64,000 bases of DNA. Source: Raillietiella orientalis (taxonomy: Eukaryota). Location: the NCBI GenBank assembly GCA_036172245.1, contig JAYWIR010000017.1, forward strand, positions 3,100,001 through 3,164,000. The letters are read 5' to 3'. The translations under genes and the position numbers were made by a program. The notes beneath the pieces were generated by a model that saw nothing but the letters and a program-made list of their open reading frames with translations, did no database searches and was not told the DNA's origin. Of the stretch, positions 12,601 through 26,700 are shown one piece after another (position 1 is the first letter of the stretch; the number at the start of each line of letters is the position of its first letter).

Positions 12601-14599
12601 CAATTGAAATATTATTACTTGATTAATATGTGCTTTGCAGTGTTAAAAGATAAGAACAATTTTGCATATGTCCTGTTCAAACTAATCAACTCAGTATAAC
12701 CTAGTTGACAGAATAAATTCCTTTTAATCCACTCAGCAAAAAAACACCTGTCAGTTGGGTGTCTCATTCAGAACAGATTCACAAAGAATTTAAGCCTCAG
12801 AAGACATGATTCAGAATATGGAAGATCACCTCCAAAATTACAGGAGAATTTTACACTTGACCAAACCAACCAAAATATGGTTTCTTAGAAAGAAATGCTG
12901 CCATTGGTGGATAATCAAAGTCCAAACACTGCCTCTATTTAAAATAAAGTACTTTAAACTTCCATGTAATGTAAAAACAATCAGTATTTCATCATAACTA
13001 AAAAATTAGTTCCAAAAAACACTCGAGCAAAGTTGGAAGCATCTTGAAATTTGCGCATTTACAATTCAAAATGCACAAAGAGAACCGAATCTTGCTTTTC
13101 TTGATTCGACATTCCTAAACATGTCATTCATTGTAATTTCAGCTGATGATCCTGGCTTCATATTCATTAGTATTAATGATACCCAAAGTTGTTGTTACAT
13201 ATGTTTGTCTGCCAGAAGAGAAAGCAAACAAAATTAAAATCCAATTTACAGAATTTATCAATTAATTCATCATGTATCCCATGGAAAAAGAGGAAAAAAA
13301 GATTCTGCATATACTACAACAAAATGCTGCAAAAAATTTCACCTACTTGGGGTACAACGAAACACATGGAACAATTCTATTTTGAATATGTTGTAGAATT
13401 TTTGGATTTCAACATTTTTCAACATTCAGAACTCCTTTTAGCTACCAGCTCATATTTGCATCATAGGCTACAACCACGTACATTTGAAACATTTAACGAA
13501 TGAACCGATAAAAACATGCAATCAAAAGCATTCTGAAAAACTGAAAACTGATGACACAAACCCAAAGACTAAACAGTAAAAGTTCTATTACATAATGGAA
13601 GTACGATGAGAATTTATGATTGGAACAAAATGCTGTCAGTTGCTTTAAACTTGGATCTCACCACCTCCATTAATTAGATGAATGTACGAAATGAATTGAA
13701 ATCAGTCATATCACGATGCTTAAGAAACATTATAAACAAGGTTCCATTTTCTGTTGGATTTGCAAATGTATGACCAGAGAATCACAGGCTAGACTCTCAA
13801 ATTAGGAATAAAGAATTTCAAACATAATTCAAGAATATTGGTATTGGTAAATCAACTCAAGGAAAACTATTAATGAATCTTAAAAACTGATGAACCTGGT
13901 TTTAACGGTTGTTGGCATCATCGGGATCACAACCATGAAAACACTACGCAAAAACTTTCAGGGACCAACTAGAATTTCAAGGAATTTTCTTGATAACCTT
14001 ACTTTTGGTCACTCACCATGTTTTAAATTTACTCATTGATACAGGGATCTATTTATCCTCAGGTAGGACTTAATTTACAAAAATGCAATGAATACTGTCA
14101 TTCTGAGCTCTTGAAGTATCTAGCGGACACAATGTGCATGCAATAAAAAATGAATACTTGAAATAGCATTTGTTCTTCAAGAACAAGTGATACAAGATTA
14201 CGGAAAGGAACTCGACTTAAACTTGATGGCTAGACACTTTATTGGTGGTTAGGTATGAAAGATATCACATAAACCTACGTATTTCGAATTAGATTTGTGC
14301 AAGACTGCCAAAACTTCGAAAAATCAAATGAATTTGAAAAAAGCAATCGACTGAAACGAAAAATACGAAAAATTCCTCTGAGGAAGATGATAAAATGGAT
14401 TCAAATTAGTGATCCTACAACCAACAGGAATGGAATTTTGAATCTGTGATCAGAGCTCATTTTCCAAAAGAAAGCCTATGTCAGAAAAATATACAACTAC
14501 TAAAATAAAAAGTCTTCTTGAATATGATGTAAAAAAAGATCTCAAAAGGAATGATTTTGATAAACCTATTCGTAATGCAGTAGGTATTGAAGCATTGAG

Positions 14600-15250
14600 G
14601 TTTCCTTCATCACAACTTCCAATATTCTTTGAGATGTTTCAACAATCAAAATCTCTGACAGGAAAGTTGATATCTCCCGGGAAGCCAGGACACCTAAAAA
14701 GAATATCAAAGATTCTAAAATAAGGAAGTAATGAGTGGCTTAGGGATCACAAGGCTGGAAGACTTATGATAGAAAGAGAGTATGGAGTTAAGTCTGAAAA
14801 GTTTTCGAGATTTCATGCACCTGTTGAGATGTTTGAGTAGCTATGAGAATAAGCTTAATAGCTCTTGTTTTAGTGTCTCTGAAAAACACTCTTCTACATT
14901 GAAGTATTGATGTTTTCCAACACTTGTAAATAGTTTTGAAGAAAATTGCATTATTCGAAATGTTGGTATTTAGGAGTCTGGAGAGAATTTTGCCTGGTAA
15001 AACCAGGAAGAAAGCTTTCTTCATGGTCAGCGATGGCTTTTCAGATGGCATCTCCACAAAATGTTGAAGAATTGATTGTTTCTTGTATTCAGGTTTGGTT
15101 CATTTGATATTTGCTAGGGGAATGCCTTACAATTTCTATCTTCTGGCTGGTGGTCCTACCGGAAGCTTATTGAGTTCATTCTGTCTAATGAGCCAGTACG
15201 TAGAACTAATACATGTCTTGACCAGTGCTGTGTGCTAACACACGTCATCC
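14600..15250 (-). mobile_element. Possible pogo/Tigger DDE transposase remnant
   Basis: Degenerate RAIKLILIATQTSQ...LHTLFLS*VFQPCDP resembles the pogo sequence LLLxDNxxxH...FLPPNxTSxxQPxD. Confidence 0.35.
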
Positions 15251-17449
15251 TTTTCATGTTTTCTGCTTGTGTAAGAGGATCCAAGTTCTCCGAGAACCTG
15301 GGTCCCAGGCTTCCAGAGATCATACTAGTTCTTGTAGTGAAGCTGGTACTCCCTCTTGCAGGAATAATAGGGACAGTTTCCTGTATTTGGGCTCCTTTCT
15401 TTATCTCATCCCTTTCGATGCTGCTGAAGAGTTTTCACATGGAATCGAATATAAAATCTGAATGCGGCTGTTCATCTTTCCTCTTGGAGCACTAGGTCTG
15501 GGAATCGCTTTCAACCACCTCCCAGATCATTTAGGAAGCAGTTTATTTCCGATAATTACTGGAGAATGATTGCTATTGATTTATAAAGATTCCTTTGTTC
15601 TATGGCTTCTTTTATGGCAGGTTTTTTCACCTTTTTGTAACTCATTTCAGGATCGCTTATCATTTCTACTTGACTTGCCTTATATCTCTGGAACGCGTTT
15701 CGCGTTGATCATCCTTCTCATGCAAATTTCTTTGCACGAAGATGCTTTCAGTAATAACGACAGGATCTCCGTATCCAAGCAGAGATTTTCTGTGCATTAA
15801 TAAAAGAATTCTGTTGGAGGCGGTGAACTTTTGTCTGATTTCGTGATTTTCTCCTGCTGATCTCTCTCTCTCTCTTTCTTTTACTAAACATTCTTCTCCA
15901 TATATATAATCAACCTATTGTCGTTAGTATCTTAACAGACCATTAGAGGATGAACAGAAAGATCCTGAAATAGTTATTTTAAGTTCCATAAAATATTGAA
16001 GCTGCTTATTGTCTTGTTTTCGTAGACCATCAATTATAAGTTTTCGGTTTCACGTCAATTATTAGCATCAGTTTTTTCTTTTACCGAAAAAAATTGAAGA
16101 TTCATATGATGCTTCCATTTCACTTTTGTTAAATACAAAATCTATTTCGTATCAAAGATCAGATCCCATTTTGCAGTACCAGCCGGACAAGTAGATTATG
16201 CATGACAACAGGACGTTTTTTCACTCAGACACGTAACTTTGGGTAATACGCAGTATTTCTTTTTCACGATGACAGGCAGAAGGAAAAATTTTAATGAATG
16301 GAAAACCATATTTATCTTTAGTGAGGAGCTTGTGAAAGCTGAAATTCACTGCTTCCTGCAGTATTGCAGTTGAAAGAACGAGAAGCTGTGAGATGCCTTT
16401 TGTGGTTTCCAAAAATTAGGCAATCCAAATGAAGCATTTCGCTGGCATTAAAAAGATGCACACATAACTTATGGTTTAGGGAAGCCAAATTATATTCTTT
16501 CTTAGTAGTGAGGCTAGCCGAAAATCTAAATGGATTGGATTTTTGTTAGAATATTTACAAAGTCAGGGATTGCCAGGAAAATTAACGAGAATCGATCTTT
16601 GATTAATAAATCTTCCTCTTGAAAGAGAACCAACAGTTGGATGAGAACATTAATTGCGCAAGCAAATCAAACAAACATTATGTGCTTTTAGAGTTGAAGA
16701 ATGTTGATTATTCCTGCAATGGAACATTGGAAGTACTTCGAGAACCATTTTGCCAATTTTGAACGAATTATTTGTTGATTCTCAGTACTTTGCTGATTTC
16801 ACTTTAAACTGATGTTCAATAGGACAGAGGCAGAGATTTTTGCCAACTTTCTCTTTTGCACCATGGAAAAGGGAATGTTTCAGTGATTCCAGTGATCCTG
16901 TAACAGATACATTGCATTTCCTTGATAACATTATTTTCGATTCTATCCGTACACAAAACCACAAGAGACTAGATTCAAATGCTGTTTCCTTTAGGATGTA
17001 TGGATGCAATAAAAACGCCTTGAGAATGCTGGAAGGAATGCTGGAAGTGTGTCAAGATGCCAGGACTCTCTGATGCCGGAGCAACATTTGTGAATCCAAA
17101 GCAACTGCTAAGTTACAGAAGCACCAAGAAACTTCAGTTCGACTTCGGAACTTCTTTGCTCTCCTTAATGATTCGTGAATTTGGTCTCATTCTCTTATGT
17201 GAGAAGACGTCACTTACGGCCTTTGCACGGACTGCTTGACTTGGCACTGCAGCAAAGCTGTAGGAGACAAAATAAAAGATAATTTGCATTATTTGCCAGA
17301 AAATTCCGACTTTCGAAATAATGAAGGTAGATTACACGACGCAATCATTGCATAATTGCTCCCGATTCGAACGGAATCAATCCATAGAAGCAGCAATGGC
17401 ATTTGGAGATAAGGTTTTTTATATTCTGTATTTATTTTCCAGATGAAAG

Positions 17450-18150
17450 AATAAGCGATTTTCAATCCTCATCAGCAGTGGATTCGAGATTCCAAATTCT
17501 TGCTGCTTAGGGATGAACTGAAGGAAGAAAAGTATTTTCACCTTGTTGGGGAAAGTTTCTGTTTTCCATTTGAAAATTGGGAATCATAGAGAGAAGAAAA
17601 TGGAGATCCTTTACTGTTACAATGGCAAGCCGTTTCATTTCTATGAATGGCCCTGGCATATTTAAGAATATCAGACCTTTTCTTTAGATCTAGAATGCAC
17701 TCTCGGCAGTGTTTTTCATTAGTTAGGAATACTATTTGATTGGATGAAGCAAGGATTTATTAGCACTCGTGATGTGCAGGGATTATCTATGGTAAAAAAG
17801 TCAGTGTACAGGTGGAACAATTACCTAGACAAAGAAGTAGTTTCTGGATCTCCCAACAAGTGGCATCTCAGCATATTTCTTCAAGTGGAGTCTAGTTGGA
17901 TGGTTCCTGCGAAATTTTCGAATTTCCCTGATAGCATTTCACGGGACTGTTGGTATGCCTTTATTAAGCATACTTTGACGTTAGAGACATGGCATCTACG
18001 TGTACATCCATACCAGCAAGCACTTTTGATGGCAATTCTCTGTTAGCAGGTTTCGTCGCCGAGGTTAACAGCAGCACCTCTCTGATAATGGACATTTCAT
18101 CCTTAGAGGAATAAAATCAAAAGAAGACTGAAGGTGTCCGGTATTTTCAT
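17450..18150 (+). mobile_element. Possible pogo-like DDE transposase remnant
   Basis: FTVTMAS, ESSWMVPAKF, LTLETWH and LTAAPL**WTFHP occur in the order of the pogo motifs TVxL, GWMxxxxF, LLxLDxH and TxxLQPLDVxxFxP. Very degenerate. Confidence 0.3.
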
Positions 18151-21100
18151 GTGAAGTCACAAATTTAGTGTGCCGTTATTAAAGCCCTGCGAAGCATATG
18201 CAAGTACTTGCTTCACGCGAGTACAAGCGTACTCGCAAATGGAATGAATTTCGTCCTGTAGGCTTGGCTGAACTATACCAATTGAATGCTGATTCGTATC
18301 ACATAAGTTTATTCCTCTCAGCTAATCTTTGAACTTCGTTCTTCTCGGTTTTTTTTTTTTGTTATATATATACATGCATATACGCCTATATATTGTCACA
18401 TATGACAGAGTGCTTCAGCAAATTTGATTCTGCTGAGCTACAACAGCTCGTTCAATAACCACTACGCCCTATTTTTTAGTGGGGAAACCAGTTCAGAGGC
18501 TTCTCAAGCTGCTTTCCAGCGGGCATTCCCGTGTGCGGCTTCCCTTATAGCCTTTTGCTAAGAGCAACGAAACGTCTTCATGCTTTCTCAATAAACTTTT
18601 CAACCGAAATCTTCTTGCAAAGAGGAGTTTTTTTTTTTTTTGCCTTCCGATGCTGCATTGAAATGTAAAATGCAATTGTCCCTTCAATTATGCTCATGCT
18701 TCGGTCCTTGCCATCGAGCATGAAGCCATTTCTATATATTTTGCTTTCTTTCTCGATATCACCCTCAGGAAACTTGGAACTTTTCTTCTTATTAAAGTTC
18801 ATTAGTATTTCAGTGAAGGGATTGAATTAAATGTTTTCATCCTTGACGTTGTTTTTCTCAAAGCTTTTTTTTTTTTTCTCTTTGCAAACTTTTCAAAGCT
18901 TTGGAGACTAACATGGTTTAGTTACTTCAAGTTGCCAGCTGTTTCCTTCATTAGTCCTGGAAATGATTCTTTTGCCTGAGAGCTCCAAGTTGCTTAACAC
19001 CATCTTCAATATTTTCTCACTTTGGATTTCTCTTTGTATTCTGGCTTCAGATATTTCGGGGATAGCTATGAGTTTGAATTTAGGATCTTCGTCACGATGT
19101 CTAAAGTATCCTCTGCCAACTTCAAGTCATTGCCCTCATCAACTTCGTCATTTTCGCTGCCTGAATTTGCTTTGTGGATGCCAGCTGATTTTTTTCCTTT
19201 GAACTCCCCACGAGGCCCACGAGTTTCCATTTCTTTCCCTTGGCAGTCTCTTTGCTTCTTGCTTTCCACTTCCAGGCATTTAGTTTTATAAAACTGGCTG
19301 TTGCTTCAACCATCTTGAATTGGATCATTTGAAAGTATGCTCATTTTCTGGCTCAGATGTCCGGGTATGTGCTATTTGCAATTCAATGGGATGACGTTCT
19401 TTCAGGTTTTCAAAGAACCGCTTCACAAGTATCAGATGGATGCAGAATCGGACATTTCTCAGTCCGAATCACATCACCTGAGTTTCTCCAGCGCTAAAGC
19501 TGGATGTACGTTCTTGGTCGGGCGTGATTGAGACAATTTCAATTAACAAGTGCTTCTGCTGATATCCTCCGGAGTGTCCTAAAAGCCACACAACTGTTTC
19601 GGGAAAAGGGATCATAAAGTTAAAGATCTAAATTTACGCACACTATGGTTTGTTTCATTTCATTCATGCCAGAAATCCGTACTCTTTTCTCCTGCCAATG
19701 AAACATCAGCGCTACGATGTTAAAAAAAAGTTTCTTAGCTTTATTTGGCTATTTTGTAGTATCCATTTGCGCACTTGAGTGTATCACAGCATCTTTCTCA
19801 TTTCCGCAAACTGCAGAATGCATCGCTGCTACTTCCACCTCCGGAAGGTTCACATTGAAGCAACTTGGTGAGATGAGGCAGTTGCTAGGATCGCCAAATA
19901 TTCCCACGATCATCAGCATGCTGACAAACAAAAGTTTGATTCGAGATCTCATTTAGGATTAAATGTTTATTCCTTAATGCAGTACTTCCATCCGGAAAGC
20001 CTTGTACCTAGGCATCGAAGCATTTTCTCTTAATAGACGATACCAATGCAACTCTGGCACGTGATGCTCGATTCTGAAACTGAATTACGATAGAATTTTG
20101 ACCACTGTGGTTCTCAAGTTTAACCCGAGACATGGTACTGATTTACAGGTTCTACACTTCGAATGAGATCAAGGCATTCTCTACTCTTCGTCTACAATCC
20201 ACACTCATGACTTTTGGCGATTGGGAAGCTGCATCAGGGGTTGATCAGTTGACCGAATGCCTTCCACTATTTGGTTTAACACGTTCATCAGGCAGCAACC
20301 ATGCCCTCATTGAAAAGTCATAACGAAACACTCCAAAACTGAAGTCACTGCGGAAAAAAAAAAAAATCTCCCATTCATGACTTAATGTGCAGTTCCCTAG
20401 CTACAAGTCATGATCATGGTTGAGGTGAAAAAAAGAACTTTCGGAAATCTCAGTCATCAAGTACAAGACTGAACTCACAACCTAGGAAACAAATCGATTG
20501 CAGAAAGAACACATTGATGTTGATATCGGGAAGCAGCTCGTACTGTTTCGGGTGAGATGAAGCTAATTAGATGCGGCTCTTGAGAAGGAAGAAGGGATCT
20601 CCGCTCTTGTGTACCAAGTATTCATTTTTTTCTCGAGTATCAGAACAGCCGTTTAGTTGGCGTCTGAAATGTTTTCGTTTGAGGAAGTCAGGAAGGAAGA
20701 ATGTCTCCGTTTCCAACAGATATTCATGCAGCAATGTACAGTATGAGCACTATAATTAACAGACCTGCTAATCCTAAACTTACAGAGAACATGGGCGGGG
20801 TTTTTCAAATTCATCCGTCACTCTTTGTTTTGGAAAACTTTATTAGATTCAGATTGAAAACCTAATCATGTATGCTTCTAATAAGTTGGTATAAAATGAG
20901 CCATATCTGTAAGTCGCATGACCAGTTACGTCAAAACACGAATACATCGAGTTAGGTAATGATTTCCGGTACTATGCATGCGGATGTCACAATCGACACA
21001 TGCAATAAATCTTCCATTATCTTTTTCGATATTACATTTGCATTTTTGTATAGGAGGAAAAACGTAAAGTCAATACAAAAATAGGCTATACAGATCCATA

Positions 21101-23590
21101 AGCAGATCTATATACACGTCTGTTAATAATATAAATGCGCACATAGGACAGGAGGCACCTTCTCATGTGAATGTAATCAAAATTTTCCTCACATTAGCAG
21201 CTGATAGAAGCATCAAGCTCTGAAGTTTATAGAAAAATAATTATCGAAAATGTTCACTAAGGATATTAGCATCTGAGGTCAATTACCATTCCTTTGCTCG
21301 ATCGAAGCCATTGTACTACGGAGTTCTATTATTCCCTTGTCGATCAGAGATGCTATTAAATCATTTCCGCCACACGAACGTTCCCATAGGTTCAATGCCC
21401 GTTTTTGAGTTTTGGAAGTTCAAAATGGTTCTTATTAAATACCAACCAGTCAAATATCAAGGCTGTCATTTTTGTGGACATGCAATAGAATGTTCATTTG
21501 ATATCAGTATTTTGTAAGTTTGGACTTTTTATTTTTTTATTAATGCACGGATAATCAATAAATGATCTTCCTCAAGAGGGAGTATTAATTGTATTTCATT
21601 AAAAAAAGGCAAAAAGTAATTTTATAGTTTTCGCGGAATGTGAGAACTTCTGGTTTTAGCCCGGCTGCTCTTGGCTGATGTTACTTCCTGAAGAAAGAAA
21701 ATCAAGCAAGATGGGAAGATGCTCTCTGTGGCCTGAGAAGAACCGAACGAAAATTGGTCTTCAGGCATTGAATCTCTAAATGTCTCATGGTGTATTTACG
21801 AATGACAAGCTGCAAAACCCCGAAAAAGTGGAGTTTTGGATATTCTAAACAGGAACCTTGGTATGGAAGTATAGATATGAAGTATAGATAGAATTCATTC
21901 ATGCTTGTCCTTGTCTGGACAGATGTTTAGATTTTTTTTTTTTGCTGGATTCCTCCTCTAAGAGTTGTTCGTATTACTGCATTTAAAACTGTGTTATTAG
22001 GAAATCGGTTTTTTTTCCTTCTTTCTTTTTTCTTAACGATAAATGCAAAGGAAGTGGCTGTGCCGGAGATGACTTTTCAAATCTCAAGAAAAGGAACTGC
22101 CCACAAAGTTTTGTGTTCATATATGGGAGAAAACTGGGGCCTGGACCAAAGCACCTGCCCAGATCGGGAGGTTGAAAAATCCATTAACTTACCCCTCAAA
22201 TCGTTAGCACCGTTTTACAAATGCCAACTGCTCATTCTCAAACCAGTGGATCTCCATGTTTTGTAAATAACAAGAAAAAAACTTGCTTCGTTTTTACGTG
22301 GATTTTCATCGAACCCACTCGGATGAAATTTTCTTCACGAGCACGAGAGTAAAAGATCCGTGTAGCACAAGATGAAATTTCGAGGGAAATCACAGCATCC
22401 CGAAATCTTCATCCCGAATCCCTCTTCCGCCTATTTCAAACTGCTAAATTGGGGCGTCATCAGCTTGGAAATAATAGAAAAAGGCGATGCAATGAAATCG
22501 CCAAAAAGAACACCCGGAAACAGAACCATTACTGGAACAAAACATCCCTGCGTTCCGAATTTCATTTTCAAGGATCAAAGTTTCTGGATTTCGGGTTTCT
22601 CAATGGGTTTTGTAAGACGTGGCATGCGCCATCAGCAATGCATTCGTCCACTTTGTCGGCCCACCATGCAAAACCTTTTTTTTTTTTTTAAAGGTGTTTC
22701 CGGATTTCCTTCAGCGGATCCGGCGTTTTTATCCAGCAGGAGAGATGCCATCCGTGCATTCTTTGAATGTGCGAGCATCTTGCAGTTGCAGCTTCACGTT
22801 CCTGCAAAGCAGGTTGCGATTTTTTTTCTCCGGAAAGGTTTCCCAAAGCTGTGGTCAACGTGGATTACGAAATAAATTCCCGGGCGGATTCGGAGAAGTC
22901 TCCTTGGAAAGCTCTTTTTTCTGACACCCGTGCGAAACTTCTCTCTTCTCAAGCTCAGTTATCGATCTGCCTCCTCTACGCATCCTCTGCAGCTCTTCGA
23001 AATGTGTAAAAAACTTCCCGTCAAACACGTCGAGAATTCGTAGTAATTATGCAGCAGCAAGTTCACTCCAGAATTTCCAAGTCGGCGTTTCGTTTTCCTT
23101 CACGTCAGTTAATTATGGTTGTCCCGAAAAAAGTGCTTTTTCATGCCATTTTCCTCCATCACATACTCAGGCAAGAATAGAATTGTGCAGTTGCTCCCGG
23201 ACTGTGCAAAAACACTGAGGATCGCCAAACACCAACTCGTGCACATTTGCAAGTACAGGAATGCCTGATTTCGATCTTTACGTTCATGCTCGGGAAGAAT
23301 GCATCTTTCGATTTACCAATGTTGCATCCATACTACATGGATTTTTCCATCTGCATGTTTTCAAATCCTGTTAGAATGGATAGAACTTGGATAGAATTTC
23401 CATCCCACTTTATGTCATTTTTCTTTCTTTCCCGATCCGCTTCGACCACGATGCACCCAATGTTTCAGTTTTCTGTCACCGTGGATGCAAGCTGTTTTCA
23501 CCTGCTATTCCATAACAAGAATAATGTAGCCCACGGAAACACATCAGTTCTTTAGACATAAATTATCACAAGGAAGAATATTGTAAAATA

Positions 23591-23596
23591 TTTATT
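23591..23596 (-). terminator. Candidate polyadenylation signal (AATAAA) of exportin-1
   Basis: Plus-strand tttatt lies about 140 nt downstream of the XPO1 stop codon. Confidence 0.55.
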
Positions 23597-23736
23597 TGGA
23601 TCTACAGAATACATTTTTCAGTGTGCTGAGCATGGCAAAATCAGGATATCTGATGTGACAGAGATGACACAAGTAACTGCTCTTTGGAGTGTACACAGTA
23701 ATACATGGCAAATCCACATATTCCTAAAAAGCACTT

Positions 23737-26700
23737 TCAATCTTGCATTTCTTCTGGCATCTCATGAGGATTGATAATTCCTGGCACTGCACTTTGCATA
23801 CGCCTTTTTTCTTCCTGGGCCTGGCGCAGTGCTGCTTCTCGTTCTTCCAAATAAAGATCAGAATCATCTTCACCAGTAAACTCGCGGATCTGCACTAAGA
23901 AATCTCGCAAATGTTCTTTGAATCCAGGGATGTTTTGATCCAGATTGAAAAAACCTTGGATAGTGATCCGTATCTGATTATCAGTCAAATGAGGGAAAGC
24001 AGCTCGTAATAAATTGGACACAAACTCCTGTACATAGACAGCATTATGGGCTGCAGGATGAGTAGGACTAAGTGGCACTGTTATTTTTCCCATTTCCACC
24101 AAACTAAATAGGTAACTTAGCAGTTGGGAATGCAGAGTAAGCCCGGCTGCATGTGATGTGTCTGTCACTACAGAAAAAAGATGCTGCAACACATCAGTGT
24201 AATATGTCTGATAGAAAGTTTGGGCTGCAGTCTCATGTGGCCCCAAATTAATCAAGAGCTGATGAAGGATGGTAAGGCCAGTATCTGCCACCTGGCGCAA
24301 CGTATGCTTGAAAGCCCAAATAATCGAATCCAGCACTAGTTTGAACTGTGGTATGCTCATATTAAGCAGTGCCAGAAAACAATGGCTGTTGACAGCTTGC
24401 AGTAAAAGATAAAAGTTGTTTCTGTGTTCAGGGAAATCTTCAAAGTTTTTGTTGATCATATCCAGGGTGCACTCAAACACTGAATCCAATATCTTAGGCA
24501 CCTGAGCTGTCATATTCGCCTGTAAAGTATTTACTATAGTGGTCATGGCACTGAGCACTTCTGGTTCCCTTGCAGATGGCACGGGTGTTCTCTGATAATC
24601 TAATAAAATCGCATCCAACAGGGGTGGAATGAAATTATCTAACACCATCTGGGGTTCCTTGGAGGAACTGATCCAATTAGCAATCAGTTTTAAAGTCTCT
24701 TTCTTGACCACACGCATAGACTTTATGAGAGGCTGCTTTGTGACCTGTTCACCATTGAGACTGATGGCAGCACTGATATTTTCACTCATTACTTTATAAA
24801 CATTTAGCATATCCAAATAGATACGTCCCAGCTAGAAAGTCACTGTAAACTGATAGAGCTTGATTTAGTTTAATTACCTGTGTTACAAACGGATGACCTA
24901 ACGCCTTACATGCTTTGACATTTGTTTTCAAAATATTGCCTAACTGTTTTACTGCATCATGATCTTTAAGAACTTCCACATTCTGGAATAAGCGCAATAA
25001 CGCATATAACAATCTTTGCATTTGGAATTCTCATCTGACCTTGGATGCTTGATTGATAATGTCATCCCACACTGAATTGGGCAGCACCATATACTTCTCG
25101 ATGAGGGAGTTCTGAAGTGCTTGATCAGTTTGAGAGCTAATCATGTAGCCAACAGCTTCATAAAAGGTATGAACTTGCTGGGGTTGCAGGTCACAGATGA
25201 TGGTATTGATGTTCCCCAAAATTTCATCAATGAAAGGCATCACCTCTCCCATTTGCACTTGCACAAAATGCCGCTTGCATTTAATAGCAATCTTGATGAA
25301 AGTATCACATGCCATATCTTGGACACCATCGTGTGTTTCTAGAAGATTTACTTTCATGATATAATCCGATGCCTATTGCAACAAACCATGCATGAATTCA
25401 AAAAGCTTGTTGACTACAGTTTTCAAGAATCTCCAGTGGGCACGTAAGAACCTAGGGTACTGTCCTACCACATACATGATATTTGATGCTATAATGGCCT
25501 TATTGTCTTTGCCCTTCTTCTGCTCACACATGCCCAATAACTCTCGAATCACTGACACCAAAAACCGTTTTTCATCTTCTTCATGCATAGCACCTGAGAT
25601 AGAGCCAATGGCCCAGCAGAGCTATATAGATTGCTAGCAATGCAAAAGCTTGGCAGTTTAGATACTTACTGTGTTTAAATTTTTCCAAGACCATTCAATG
25701 CCATTTACTTGGTTATGCAGTTTTTCTGACATAATGCGCTCAATGTCTGCATAATCTAAGTGAGTCAAATACACAAGTGTCTCACGCATGTTTTTATAAA
25801 GTGTAATTGAATCCGTATCTTTCATGAACTCTCGGACTACTTCCCCCTGCTCATTCTCTACAACCAAAACTTCTTCTGGCTTAGCCATACGACCAATCAT
25901 GATATAACGTAGTTTAGTAAGTACAGCAGCATAAAACGTTCGCCTTGTAGATGAAGCTGTAAGACTGGATTTCATGAACATTGGGGCAAAGACAGGTAAG
26001 TGGCGTGTAGAGGGAGGACTTTCTTTGTACAAGTCGGCGGCAAACGTATTCCAATATTCCAAACAAATCTTGAAGATCTCTATGTCCTCTACTTCTGACA
26101 TTAGTAGTAAATAATGCAATGCCTGAAAAAAGCAATTATGCATTTTTCTGTTCCAACTCACTGTAAGGAAGGACTCTGTCTCCCTTTTCTTCTCCAACAA
26201 ACTGCCATGTTCTTTGAGAAATGTGCAGAAGAACAGAGCTAAATTCTGAATAAACTTCTGCTCTGAGTCAGTTCCTTTCCCATAAGCTAATTTGATGTTT
26301 GTGCTCACTGGAAGCATCTACAAATTATTTGTTAATATGAGAATGAAGGTATTGTAAATACATGCCTGTTCCAGCTGAGACATCATTTGTGAAAACAGTA
26401 GGAGAAACATATCATCATAGTGAGGCACTGTTACTAAACCAGCAATCTCTGTTAGGCACTGCAGAGTAACATTACGAAACATAGGAACACTAAAAAACTG
26501 AAGAAAATTCGGTTGATTTCCTCCGTTTGTTATTTCTTACTTTGTAAATAAGAGTACTAATCAGCTTGGTCTCAAATATGTAACCCAAAGGAATCCAATT
26601 GAGAAATCGCAAAAGAGTTTCCAAGGTTGCCTCCACTAATGGAGCATTAGGAGAACTTTCCTGCAAATTATTCTATAATCAAAGCCTATTCACCTGACTT

